Positions 37,836 to 46,184 of a stretch of DNA of 64,000 nt are shown here, in pieces. Below the pieces are notes generated by a model. It was given only the letters and a program-made list of their open reading frames with translations. It had not been told where the DNA came from and did no database searches. This stretch comes from Salinivirgaceae bacterium (lineage in GTDB: Bacteria > Bacteroidota > Bacteroidia > Bacteroidales > SZUA-534). A program made the translations under genes and the position numbers. Each line of letters opens with the position of its first letter. Within the stretch, counting starts at the first letter, position 1. The stretch spans positions 64,001-128,000 of the forward strand of contig JAKSOL010000001.1 in NCBI GenBank assembly GCA_024405635.1, written 5' to 3'.

Positions 37836-38507
37836 ATGAAAAAAATTATAAATCTAATAGTCTGCATGTTTGCTATTACTTGTAATGCTCAAAAAATTAA
37901 ATACACTGAACGCGATATAGCAATAATTGACTCTTTGGCGAAAAAGGCTTTCGAAAAATGTATAACTAAAAACCAAATACAATCGATAGAAAAAATAGAC
38001 CGTTCTTTATTTGAAGGATCCAAATTAATAGCAATACCTACTTGTAAAATACACAATGAACAATATTGGGTTATTGACACCTCACATGTTCCTTATTTGT
38101 CATTAATAATGAAAGATGAATCTTGCATTGGTGTTGTTAGTTCTGACGATTGTAACAATAGTTATATTGATGTAAACTATTGCTACAAAAAGAATTTAGG
38201 GGGTTGTTCTAATGTTGGTCATATGGTAAATATTATTACCAATACAAAAGATAGTTTGATATTCAGCCTAAGAGGAACTGATGATAAAATACTTTTTATG
38301 TATAATCAAGACGAAATCAAATATGTTGATATAGTTGCCGATTATATTGAAAATGAAGAAGTATATAATTCAGTTTCATTTGATATTAGAATGGTATCAT
38401 TTAAATCATTAGATCAAATATCAAATTGTGGATTGCCAACAAGAGAAAAAAAGAAAAATTCAAAAAAGAATTTGCGACATCCACTAGAGAGTATTCTCTA
38501 CGATTAA
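37836..38507 (+). CDS. Putative immunity protein 2 (Sec signal peptide)
   Basis: MKKIINLIVCMFAITCNA-Q; 12 nt after the toxin stop. Confidence 0.65.
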   Translation: MKKIINLIVCMFAITCNAQKIKYTERDIAIIDSLAKKAFEKCITKNQIQSIEKIDRSLFEGSKLIAIPTCKIHNEQYWVIDTSHVPYLSLIMKDESCIGVVSSDDCNNSYIDVNYCYKKNLGGCSNVGHMVNIITNTKDSLIFSLRGTDDKILFMYNQDEIKYVDIVADYIENEEVYNSVSFDIRMVSFKSLDQISNCGLPTREKKKNSKKNLRHPLESILYD

Positions 38508-38525
38508 CGAGTTAGTTCATTTTAT

Positions 38526-38561
38526 TAAGCCGCAAGCGGAGTAATTTCTGCTTGCGGCTTA
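38526..38561. repeat. Inverted-repeat hairpin at the end of cassette 2 (second copy at 41229-41260)
   Basis: taagccgcaagc...gcttgcggctta perfect 12-bp stem. Confidence 0.8.
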
Positions 38562-39808
38562 TTACTAAAAAACAACTTTTGAATATAACTTACACATATA
38601 ACTACAAGCAAACCGTAAACGTTAACTACATTGGCATAACCCGCGGCTACACAGGCCACGAGCACTGGAACCAGTTTGGTCTTATTGACATGAATTTTGC
38701 GATTGAGCGAGAGCAGAGTGAATATGTGGTAACATATTCAGCTATGCCGAGCGTGAGCAAAATGGGCGAAGCCAACTTCGGCCGTTTCTACGACCCAGTA
38801 GTAGGCCGCTTTCTCAGTCCCGACCCTTACGTGCAAGACCCAAGCAACCCGCAGAACTTCAACCGCTACTCGTATTGCTTAAATAACCCGCTGAAGTATA
38901 ATGACCCTAGTGGGGAATCTGCCGTATTGACGGCCGCAATTATAGGCGCAGTTATTGGAACATATATAGGAGGAACAATGGCAAACAACACTTATAATCC
39001 CATTAAATGGAACTATAGCGAACTCAAAACATGGGGATACATGGGCGGAGGTGCAATAGTTGGTGCGGCTAGCGGTGCAGCTGGTGCCTATGTTGGAAGC
39101 ACCGTAGGAGGTTATTTTGCCAGTTCGAGTTTCGTTGCAGGATCTGCTTCGGGCGCAGCTGCTGGTGCCGTTGGTGGTACAATTTCAGGAGCTGGATATT
39201 CTTGGCTAGATGGAGCCTCTTTTAAACAAGGTGCTTGGAAAGGTTTTGTTAGCGGTAATGTTGGTGCTCTTACTGGCGGCTTGCTTGGTGGAATCGTTGG
39301 TGGCATTGATGCATATTGCGACGGCCGAAATGCGTGGACAGGCAAAGAAGTTGCCATGGGACGATCAAGGTTGGCTTTTAACAATACAGATTTGCTTGCA
39401 AACAAATACCAAGTTGGGCCAGGAGAAGTGCGAAATGCAAATTATATAAATGAAGAAATGGCGAGCTCCAATCCAAAATATGACTATGCCAAATATGGTA
39501 AAGTTGATAAAAATGGCTTATCAACTGGTACTATTTCAAAGTACCAAAATTACACAATGGAAAGTAGAGAATATGAAGTGTTTCAGAATTTTAAAGGCAG
39601 GGCTTATTTGGAAGTAAAAAGCACAGGTACATTTGATGTTTCATTCAGTTTAGATGGTAAAATTATTACACCAGATTCAAATGGATTATTCCACTTACCC
39701 CAAGGATGTAAATTACTGCAAATAAATATGATTAGGTCAGAAACTTCATCTATGATAAATGCGGTTTCACCTCTTAGATTTACAATTCAAGGCTACTCAA
39801 TTCCTTAA
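38552..39808 (+). CDS. Orphan Rhs core with 28-aa in-frame insert, Gly-rich linker and unknown toxin tip
   Basis: [20 protein letters not shown] identical to cassette 1; NDPSGE; linker nearly identical to cassette 2. No credible start codon, since the ORF start lies inside the hairpin. Confidence 0.8.
   Translation: MRLITKKQLLNITYTYNYKQTVNVNYIGITRGYTGHEHWNQFGLIDMNFAIEREQSEYVVTYSAMPSVSKMGEANFGRFYDPVVGRFLSPDPYVQDPSNPQNFNRYSYCLNNPLKYNDPSGESAVLTAAIIGAVIGTYIGGTMANNTYNPIKWNYSELKTWGYMGGGAIVGAASGAAGAYVGSTVGGYFASSSFVAGSASGAAAGAVGGTISGAGYSWLDGASFKQGAWKGFVSGNVGALTGGLLGGIVGGIDAYCDGRNAWTGKEVAMGRSRLAFNNTDLLANKYQVGPGEVRNANYINEEMASSNPKYDYAKYGKVDKNGLSTGTISKYQNYTMESREYEVFQNFKGRAYLEVKSTGTFDVSFSLDGKIITPDSNGLFHLPQGCKLLQINMIRSETSSMINAVSPLRFTIQGYSIP
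38695..38778. mobile_element. 84-bp structured, frame-preserving insertion element in the Rhs core
   Basis: Absent from the two paralogous cores (atgaa|cggc). Nested inverted repeats ttttgc/gcaaaa, tgaatatgt/acatattca and ggc-gaa-gcc. Confidence 0.75.
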
Positions 39809-39822
39809 ATAAGTGTTTAAAA

Positions 39823-40512
39823 ATGAACAATTTTATATACGCAAAGAACATACTTGTAAGTTTGTTCTTGTTACTTCCATTTTTTTCAATGTCACAATCA
39901 GATGAAATTGGTTGGGCAATATTCAATTATCCCCAAAATATTACGATTAACGGGGCAAAATACACATATCATTATGCAAATGGTGATGAGGCAGAAACAG
40001 ATTCGTTACTTTATGAACCAAACGAATATTTTAAGTTCTTTCCTAAAAATCATAAACTTAATGAATTGGACACTATGGATTTTGTGTATGGTTCAAGGAA
40101 AGTTCATAAAGTTTACGGGAAGAAAATTCAGTACAATAAGCAACATGATTATGTGTCATTTTTATCTTGGAACGAAGGCACTGAATACCTACTAATTACG
40201 TTTAAAGAGAAGGATTTGTTTATTGAATATTGCGATTCAACCATTAAGTCACCTAATAGCATTGCGATGGTAAAAAGAATGAATAAAGTTAGAAGTGTTA
40301 TTGTAAAGAGTAAGATTAAAAAAATAGAGAAACTAAGCCACAACATTGAGTACAATGCTGAATCTATTTCCACTCCCCCTATAGTTTTTGAATTGAAAAT
40401 TGGAGATAATTACAAGATATTACCCATTCTAACCTTAGACGCGCCAAAAGCATTTAAAAAATCATATAGTTTGTACAAAAGGCTAATAAATAATGCAAAA
40501 AAAGGCATATGA
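39823..40512 (+). CDS. Putative immunity protein 3 (Sec signal peptide)
   Basis: Hydrophobic N-terminus ending SMS-Q; 14 nt after the toxin stop. Confidence 0.65.
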   Translation: MNNFIYAKNILVSLFLLLPFFSMSQSDEIGWAIFNYPQNITINGAKYTYHYANGDEAETDSLLYEPNEYFKFFPKNHKLNELDTMDFVYGSRKVHKVYGKKIQYNKQHDYVSFLSWNEGTEYLLITFKEKDLFIEYCDSTIKSPNSIAMVKRMNKVRSVIVKSKIKKIEKLSHNIEYNAESISTPPIVFELKIGDNYKILPILTLDAPKAFKKSYSLYKRLINNAKKGI

Positions 40513-40656
40513 CTGCTGTAAATAAAATGCAAATGTGGCAACGAACTAATGGTAAAATTTATTATCGCTTATTTACAATGGATTCGGCCAAAGGACAATA
40601 CACAAGAACCGCTATTAATCGGTTTTATTGTTGAAGCGATAAGAACATGACTTTAG
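40504..40656 (+). pseudogene. Remnant of a paralogue of the cassette-2 peptidase-like tip
   Basis: HMTAVNKMQMWQRTNGKIYYRLFTMDSAKGQYTRTAINRFY aligns with 37671-37823; frameshift near its end. Confidence 0.85.
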
Positions 40657-40667
40657 ATGTTACTTAA

Positions 40668-40748
40668 AATCATTTACTTCACGCTCAAATGTATTTACGC
40701 TCTGCTGGAGTGCGCCCTTTGCTTTATTCTTACTATTTAAACCAATAA
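40668..40748 (+). pseudogene. Probable remnant of a further toxin C-terminus
   Basis: NHLLHAQMYLRSAGVRPLLYSYYLNQ* stops 2 nt before the next signal-peptide gene. Confidence 0.45.
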
Positions 40749-40750
40749 AC

Positions 40751-41202
40751 ATGAAACTCCTAAGTATCATTATAATGATTTGCAGCATCGGATCAACAAT
40801 AAAGTCAGATATCGATTTAATGAACTAAGCGAAGTTCAGCTATACTCTTATTTCACAGAACAAGGGGCCCGAAAACTTGAACTCAATTCTAAATTTGATG
40901 AATTCAAAAGAGATTCAATAAATAAAATAACTATTGAGCAAGAAGACGTACAAGTAATTAGACAAATTTTGTCAACCGCAGAGAGATACAAATTAAAAGG
41001 TGATAAGGTTGGAATAAACTTATTGTATTTTGATTTTATTTTTTCTTCAAGCACTAATTCTCAGCAGTTTATATTAGTAAACAATAGCAGTTTTATCGAC
41101 TTAAATAACAATTGTGCGTATATAGTTAACAACGATAAGCATCGTATGTGGCTTAAAGAGTTTCTAAACAAATACAGAAATGTGGTATCCTCAATATTTT
41201 GA
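40751..41202 (+). pseudogene. Frameshifted putative immunity gene
   Basis: Signal-like MKLLSIIIMICSIG... from ATG 40751 joins the 40780-41202 frame if one T is restored at gatttaat (about 40815). Confidence 0.65.
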
Positions 41203-41228
41203 ATCGGAGTAACTTTATAAAAATCAAG

Positions 41229-41260
41229 AGCCGCAAGCGGAGTATTTTCAGCTTGTGGCT
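41229..41260. repeat. Second copy of the cassette-end hairpin
   Basis: agccgcaagcggagtattttcagcttgtggct, close to 38528-38559. Confidence 0.8.
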
Positions 41261-41302
41261 TATTGCTATAAAAAAGCCAACAATTAAACAGAGAGAATAT
41301 TC

Positions 41303-41355
41303 CGTTGTACATAGTTTCAAGTTGATGATGTTTTTACAAAGGAACGAAAAAGATG
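41303..41355 (+). repeat. Right 53-bp direct repeat bounding the Rhs island
   Basis: cgttgtacatagtttcaagttgatgatgtttttacaaaggaacgaaaaagatg; 2 mismatches versus 34410-34462. Confidence 0.92.
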
Positions 41356-41463
41356 TCTGCAAAGACAATAAACAATAGCATTGCATCGTAAAAGTAAGTG
41401 CTATTTTATACCTTTGGAAACTATGCTAAAAAAGCATCACCACGAATTAATTTGATAAATAAA

Positions 41464-43077
41464 ATGATACGTAAGTTATTCGCTATTACTTGTTTGGCTT
41501 TTGTTGGGCTAGCAACATCTGCGCAAAATACCTTTAGTGTGCAGAACTACAAGATGAGCCGAGTGCTAACTTTAATCGACCATTTGTATGTTGACACCGT
41601 TGACGATGCAAAGATTGTTGAGGCTGGCATCGTTGCAATGCTCAAAGAACTTGACCCTCATTCGATATATGTTTCGCCCGACGAGGTAAAAGAAATGAAC
41701 GAACCGCTTGAGGGTAATTTTGAAGGCATAGGCATTCAGTTTAGCATTATTAACGATACACTGATGGCGGTAGGTATTATTCCCGGTGGCCCTTCGGAGC
41801 GGGTTGGACTAATGGCTGGCGACCGTATTCTGTATATCGACTCGACAAATGTTGCTGGAGTTGGAATAACAAACAACGATGTTTTTAAAAAGCTACGTGG
41901 CAAAAAAGGAACAAAGGTTACGGTAAAAATTCAGCGTCATGGTTCGCCCGAGTTGCTCGAATTTACCATCACTCGCGACAAAATTCCAATCTATAGTGTT
42001 GATGCATCGTATGTTATCGACAAAAAAGAAAAGATAGGATATGTTAAAGTGAACAAGTTTGCTGCAACAACAACCGACGAATATACCAAGGCAATGGAAA
42101 AATTGCGCAAGGCTGGTGTTCGTAATCTGATTCTTGACCTTACTGACAATGGTGGAGGTTTCTTAAATTCAGGTTTTGACCTTGCTAGTCAATTCTTAAA
42201 CGATGGACAAATGGTAGTTTATACCGATGGAGTTAAACAACCACGTCAAGATTACAGAGCGCGTGGCAAAAAAAGTTTGGACTACGATAGAGTTGTAGTA
42301 ATGGTTGACGAGGGGTCGGCATCGGCAAGCGAAATTGTAACTGGTGCTCTTCAAGATTGGGACCGTGCTGTGGTTGTTGGTCGTCGCACTTTTGGTAAGG
42401 GATTGGTACAAAATCAGTTCCCGCTAACCGATGGGTCAATGATTCGACTTACAGTTGCTCGCTATTACACACCAACAGGTCGTTGCATTCAGCGTCCATA
42501 TTCGGCAGGCGTTGATCAGTACGAGCAAGATTTTATTGACCGTTACAACAATGGCGAACTTAATAGTGCCGATTCAATTCATCTGCCAACTTCTGAAATT
42601 TATTATACACTTAATAGTCATCGTCCGGTGTACGGCGGTGGTGGCATTATACCCGACATTTTTGTGCCTATCGATACAACTTATTATTCAGACTATTATG
42701 CAAGAATGATTCGTAGCGGCATATTTAATCGCTTTGTTATTGAGTATATCGACACTCATCGCGACTCGCTTGAACGTGTTTACAAAAGCACAAAAACCGA
42801 TGCCGATTTTGACAAGTTTAATGCAAAGTTTGAGGTTACCGATGCTTTGCTGCAAGAATTGATTGATTATGCAGCAAAAAATAAACTTGAGTACGTTGAT
42901 GCTGATTTTGCTCGTAGTAAAGAGTATATCCGTTTTTACTTAAAGGCGGCAATTTCGCGCGATTTGTACGATAGTGGAGAGTTTTACCAAATTTATAATT
43001 TGCATAACCCAATTTTTAAAGAGGCTGTAAGAGTTATTAAAGACGTTGATTTGTATAACTCAAAATTGGCAAAGTAA
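41464..43077 (+). CDS. S41 family carboxyl-terminal processing protease (CtpA/Prc-like)
   Basis: LDPHS, PDZ GIGI, ILDLTDNGGG, SASASEI, TFGKGLVQ and ARYYTPTGR motifs. tacctttg promoter element at 41409-41416. Confidence 0.95.
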   Translation: MIRKLFAITCLAFVGLATSAQNTFSVQNYKMSRVLTLIDHLYVDTVDDAKIVEAGIVAMLKELDPHSIYVSPDEVKEMNEPLEGNFEGIGIQFSIINDTLMAVGIIPGGPSERVGLMAGDRILYIDSTNVAGVGITNNDVFKKLRGKKGTKVTVKIQRHGSPELLEFTITRDKIPIYSVDASYVIDKKEKIGYVKVNKFAATTTDEYTKAMEKLRKAGVRNLILDLTDNGGGFLNSGFDLASQFLNDGQMVVYTDGVKQPRQDYRARGKKSLDYDRVVVMVDEGSASASEIVTGALQDWDRAVVVGRRTFGKGLVQNQFPLTDGSMIRLTVARYYTPTGRCIQRPYSAGVDQYEQDFIDRYNNGELNSADSIHLPTSEIYYTLNSHRPVYGGGGIIPDIFVPIDTTYYSDYYARMIRSGIFNRFVIEYIDTHRDSLERVYKSTKTDADFDKFNAKFEVTDALLQELIDYAAKNKLEYVDADFARSKEYIRFYLKAAISRDLYDSGEFYQIYNLHNPIFKEAVRVIKDVDLYNSKLAK

Positions 43078-43102
43078 AATGAATTAACTTGCTGATTTAT
43101 AA

Positions 43103-43143
43103 TAAAAAAGCGGTTGTGTTTATAATAAATACAACCGCTTTTT
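43103..43143. terminator. Bidirectional intrinsic terminator
   Basis: aaaaagcggttgt...acaaccgcttttt. Confidence 0.8.
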
Positions 43144-43151
43144 GTTTGCTA

Positions 43152-44645
43152 TTATGGTTCAATGAATTTAGTTCCAGTGTTGTGGCAAAGTCGCTGAACT
43201 GCAAACTTGCCAGCTACCACAGCATTTGGTAAGCCGCCGGGAGGAATAATCCATTGCCCTGCCATATATAAGTTGTCAATACCGGCAATGCGGCCGCAAT
43301 GTGTTTCGCGAGGCGTTTCGCTAGTGGTTATAAAACTCATGTATGCGCCCTTGTGTGCACCGCAAAAACGGTGGAAACTATATGGAGTTACAATCTCAAC
43401 AACAGTAAGTTTACCTTTTAGGTTAGGGTAGTGATCTTCAACTTGGGCAACTATTTCGTTTGCAATGCGTTCTTTTTCAGCACGATAGGTTGATGTGTCG
43501 ATGTGTAGTTTTTCCCACTCATCAAACTCATTTTTTGTTTGCAAAATCATCAGTTGAAGCAGGTTTTTGCCTTCGGGCGAGTACGATGGTTCGTAGTTGT
43601 AATTGTTTACCACTATTTTTTCGTATTTGTTGCCAAACACATCAATTGGTTTGTTGCATTTGAAGATTGACATGTTTGCCATGTTTTTGCAAGAGTCGTC
43701 AACTCCAACATAAACATTAAAACTGCTGAACACAGGGTGCTTTTGTGGCAAACTATAGCGCGATGTGAAGTAGTCGTCCATATAGCTTTTGCCAACAAGT
43801 TTGTATGTTACTTCGGTGTCGGTTGCTACAATAATATTCTCACAATCAATTGTTTCGCCATTTTTAAAACTAACACTTTTGGCTTTGCCGTTATCAATGT
43901 TGATTTTTGTTGCCTCGTAACCAGTGTGAATTTTACCTCCAAGGCTAACAAAACGTTCTTCCATTCGTTTTGCAATGCCAAGTGAACCTCCGCGAGGAAC
44001 AGCTCCATTTCCACTGATAAACGTGGAGTACATATAAACAATACCAATGGTGTTGAAGTCGTCGGGTAGGTACGATAGAATCATTGTGCGAATAATGTCG
44101 CTTTTGAATCGTTTTACGTATTCGGTAAGTGGCACTTTGTTGTATTTGGCAGCGTGTGGAATAACTGGAAAAATTTTTGCCAACAAGCGCATCTTGTCCA
44201 TAAATTTTTGTTGCTCAGGAGGTTTTATTGCTGGTACTTCCATGCTACAAAACGCCTTAAGCATTTTAATAAAATGGCGAATTTCTTTTTTGTCTTCGGG
44301 CGATATGGCAATCATATCGGTTTGCAGTTTTTTCAAATCGTTCCAAACGTTTAGTGTTTTGCCGTCTTGTTCAACTTGCATAAACGATTTGTGTTGAATA
44401 ATTTCAACATCGTCGGTAATTGCGCCCACATCGCGCCATACTTTATGCACTTCTTTGCTGGGCAAAGTGCCAGTCATCCAGTGCACACAGTTGTCAATAT
44501 GGTAGCCTTTTCGTGTCCAAGCCGTGCATTGTCCGCCAGTTATGGTGTGTCGCTCGTAAAGTTCGCATTCAAATCCCGATAGGAGTGCGTATATGCCTGA
44601 TGCTAAACCAGATATGCCGCCTCCTATTATTGTCACTTTCCCCAT
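43152..44645 (-). CDS. NAD(P)/FAD-dependent oxidoreductase, phytoene desaturase family
   Basis: IIGGGISGL, GGQCTAWTRKGY, PRGGS and LYMAGQW..PGGLP motifs. Confidence 0.88.
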   Translation of the reverse strand: MGKVTIIGGGISGLASGIYALLSGFECELYERHTITGGQCTAWTRKGYHIDNCVHWMTGTLPSKEVHKVWRDVGAITDDVEIIQHKSFMQVEQDGKTLNVWNDLKKLQTDMIAISPEDKKEIRHFIKMLKAFCSMEVPAIKPPEQQKFMDKMRLLAKIFPVIPHAAKYNKVPLTEYVKRFKSDIIRTMILSYLPDDFNTIGIVYMYSTFISGNGAVPRGGSLGIAKRMEERFVSLGGKIHTGYEATKINIDNGKAKSVSFKNGETIDCENIIVATDTEVTYKLVGKSYMDDYFTSRYSLPQKHPVFSSFNVYVGVDDSCKNMANMSIFKCNKPIDVFGNKYEKIVVNNYNYEPSYSPEGKNLLQLMILQTKNEFDEWEKLHIDTSTYRAEKERIANEIVAQVEDHYPNLKGKLTVVEIVTPYSFHRFCGAHKGAYMSFITTSETPRETHCGRIAGIDNLYMAGQWIIPPGGLPNAVVAGKFAVQRLCHNTGTKFIEP

Positions 44646-44749
44646 TATTGTTGCTGATTTTTAGTGTCGCAAAAAAAGTAAAATGCATTTTTTGCGCCAA
44701 GCCAAATTGAGGCTTTTTTAGATAGTTTATAGTTCTTGTTGTTTTGCTA

Positions 44750-44784
44750 TAAAAAACGAGCAGGCGGGAGTTCCGTCTGCTCGC
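44750..44784 (-). terminator. Intrinsic terminator after the GH27 gene
   Basis: cgagcaggcgg...ccgtctgctcg stem with a left A run. Confidence 0.75.
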
Positions 44785-44807
44785 GAATATGAAAAGTTAT
44801 AGCTTGG

Positions 44808-46172
44808 TTATTCTTTAAAACTAACCAATATACTTTCGTGAGGTTTAAGTTCTTTGGTAAACGAATCGGATATTTCGCCCAAATCTTCGCCAGTCCACAT
44901 ATTAGTAGCAATGGCTGAAAATTCAATATTTAAGTCGGAAAGTTGAACACTAATATTTTGGGAAACCGAGTCGCTAATGTTGAACATGGCGACGTACACA
45001 TCACCGTTTTCAGCATTAGTTGATGTGATGCATACTTGGCCGTTTTGGTTAAACAACTGACGCACGTTGTTGCCTTGTTTGTGCATTTTAAGCACTTCGG
45101 TATTGGTAAGTAGGCTCAATGTAAAATCGTCGTTGCTTGGTAGGTCGCCACCAAACATTAAAGGCGAGCGGAAAATGGTGAACAGAGTCATCAGTGTGTA
45201 TTGTTCGTCTTTTGTTAGTCGGGTATTGCGTTCTTCGCCACGTTCGCCGCGAATCGATATTCTGCCAAGAGGAATCATGTCGCAATCGGGCCAAGTGCCG
45301 TTGCCAATGTGCTCGTACCAACCTTGTGCCACGTCAATCAAATGTGGAATATCGCGCCACACGTCCCACACATCGTCAACCATGCGCCACATGTTGGCAT
45401 GCTCTTTTACGTGTGCAGCTTCTTCAACTGGAGTTTTTCCGGGCGAAAGGCTTAGCACAATTGGACGGCCGCAATTGTCAATGGCATTGCGAATTAACTC
45501 AATTTCGGCTTTATGATAAGGACGGCTCAAATCGTCAATCTTAATAAAATCGACACCCCAACTTGCGTATAGTTCAAAAATGGAGTTGTAATATTCTTGT
45601 GCTCCGGGTTTTGATGCAACAATGGTGTAATTGTCGCGCAACCAAGGACATTGAAGTTCGGTGCTGAATATTTGGTCGGCTGTTATGTTGGTGCCTTTAA
45701 TTGGCATTTTGTTTTCAACTGCCACTTTTGGCACTCCGCGCATAATGTGAATACCAAATTTCAAACCTTGCTTATGAACGTAGTCGGCCAAAGTTTTAAA
45801 TCCATTGCCGTTTGCTGCCGATGGAAAACGGTTTACTGCAGGGTTGTACCGGCCAAAACTATCGATAACATATCGTGGGTCGTCTTGGTTGTAGCCTCCA
45901 GCTTTGTCGTTTTCAACAAACCAACGAATGTCAACCACAACATATTCCCAACCGTATTTTTTTAAGTTGGCAGCCATATAATCGGCATTTGACATTACTT
46001 CGCTTTCAACAACTGTAGGACCGTAGCAGTCCCAACTATTCCATCCCATTGGTGGGGTTTGGGCCCATTGTTTAAATTCTCCTTTGGCAAATCCTGATGT
46101 TTGTGGTTGGTTGCTGCAAGCCGCAAGCATCAATGCCGATGCAATAAACAGTACAGTTTTTTTCATATTCAT
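44808..46172 (-). CDS. Glycoside hydrolase family 27 lipoprotein (alpha-galactosidase/beta-L-arabinopyranosidase-like)
   Basis: Lipobox LAAC, PPMGWNSW, WGVDFIKID, WRMVDD and WPDCDM motifs. Confidence 0.93.
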   Translation of the reverse strand: MNMKKTVLFIASALMLAACSNQPQTSGFAKGEFKQWAQTPPMGWNSWDCYGPTVVESEVMSNADYMAANLKKYGWEYVVVDIRWFVENDKAGGYNQDDPRYVIDSFGRYNPAVNRFPSAANGNGFKTLADYVHKQGLKFGIHIMRGVPKVAVENKMPIKGTNITADQIFSTELQCPWLRDNYTIVASKPGAQEYYNSIFELYASWGVDFIKIDDLSRPYHKAEIELIRNAIDNCGRPIVLSLSPGKTPVEEAAHVKEHANMWRMVDDVWDVWRDIPHLIDVAQGWYEHIGNGTWPDCDMIPLGRISIRGERGEERNTRLTKDEQYTLMTLFTIFRSPLMFGGDLPSNDDFTLSLLTNTEVLKMHKQGNNVRQLFNQNGQVCITSTNAENGDVYVAMFNISDSVSQNISVQLSDLNIEFSAIATNMWTGEDLGEISDSFTKELKPHESILVSFKE

Positions 46173-46184
46173 AAGTATTTGGTT

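Larger units (their letters stand above)
34410..41355 (+). mobile_element. Direct-repeat-flanked island of orphan Rhs toxin/immunity cassettes (no integrase)
   Basis: 53-bp direct repeats. Three Rhs-core copies, further tip remnants and AT-rich signal-peptide genes, inserted between the divergent LOG and S41 genes. Confidence 0.7.

Noticed and set aside
36940-39310. Near-identical Rhs segments as a diversity-generating retroelement TR/VR pair
   Set aside because: Differences are mostly synonymous and not adenine-specific, and no reverse transcriptase is present.
43152-44645. Carotenoid biosynthesis gene crtI
   Set aside because: No other crt genes are nearby, so only a family-level assignment is supportable.
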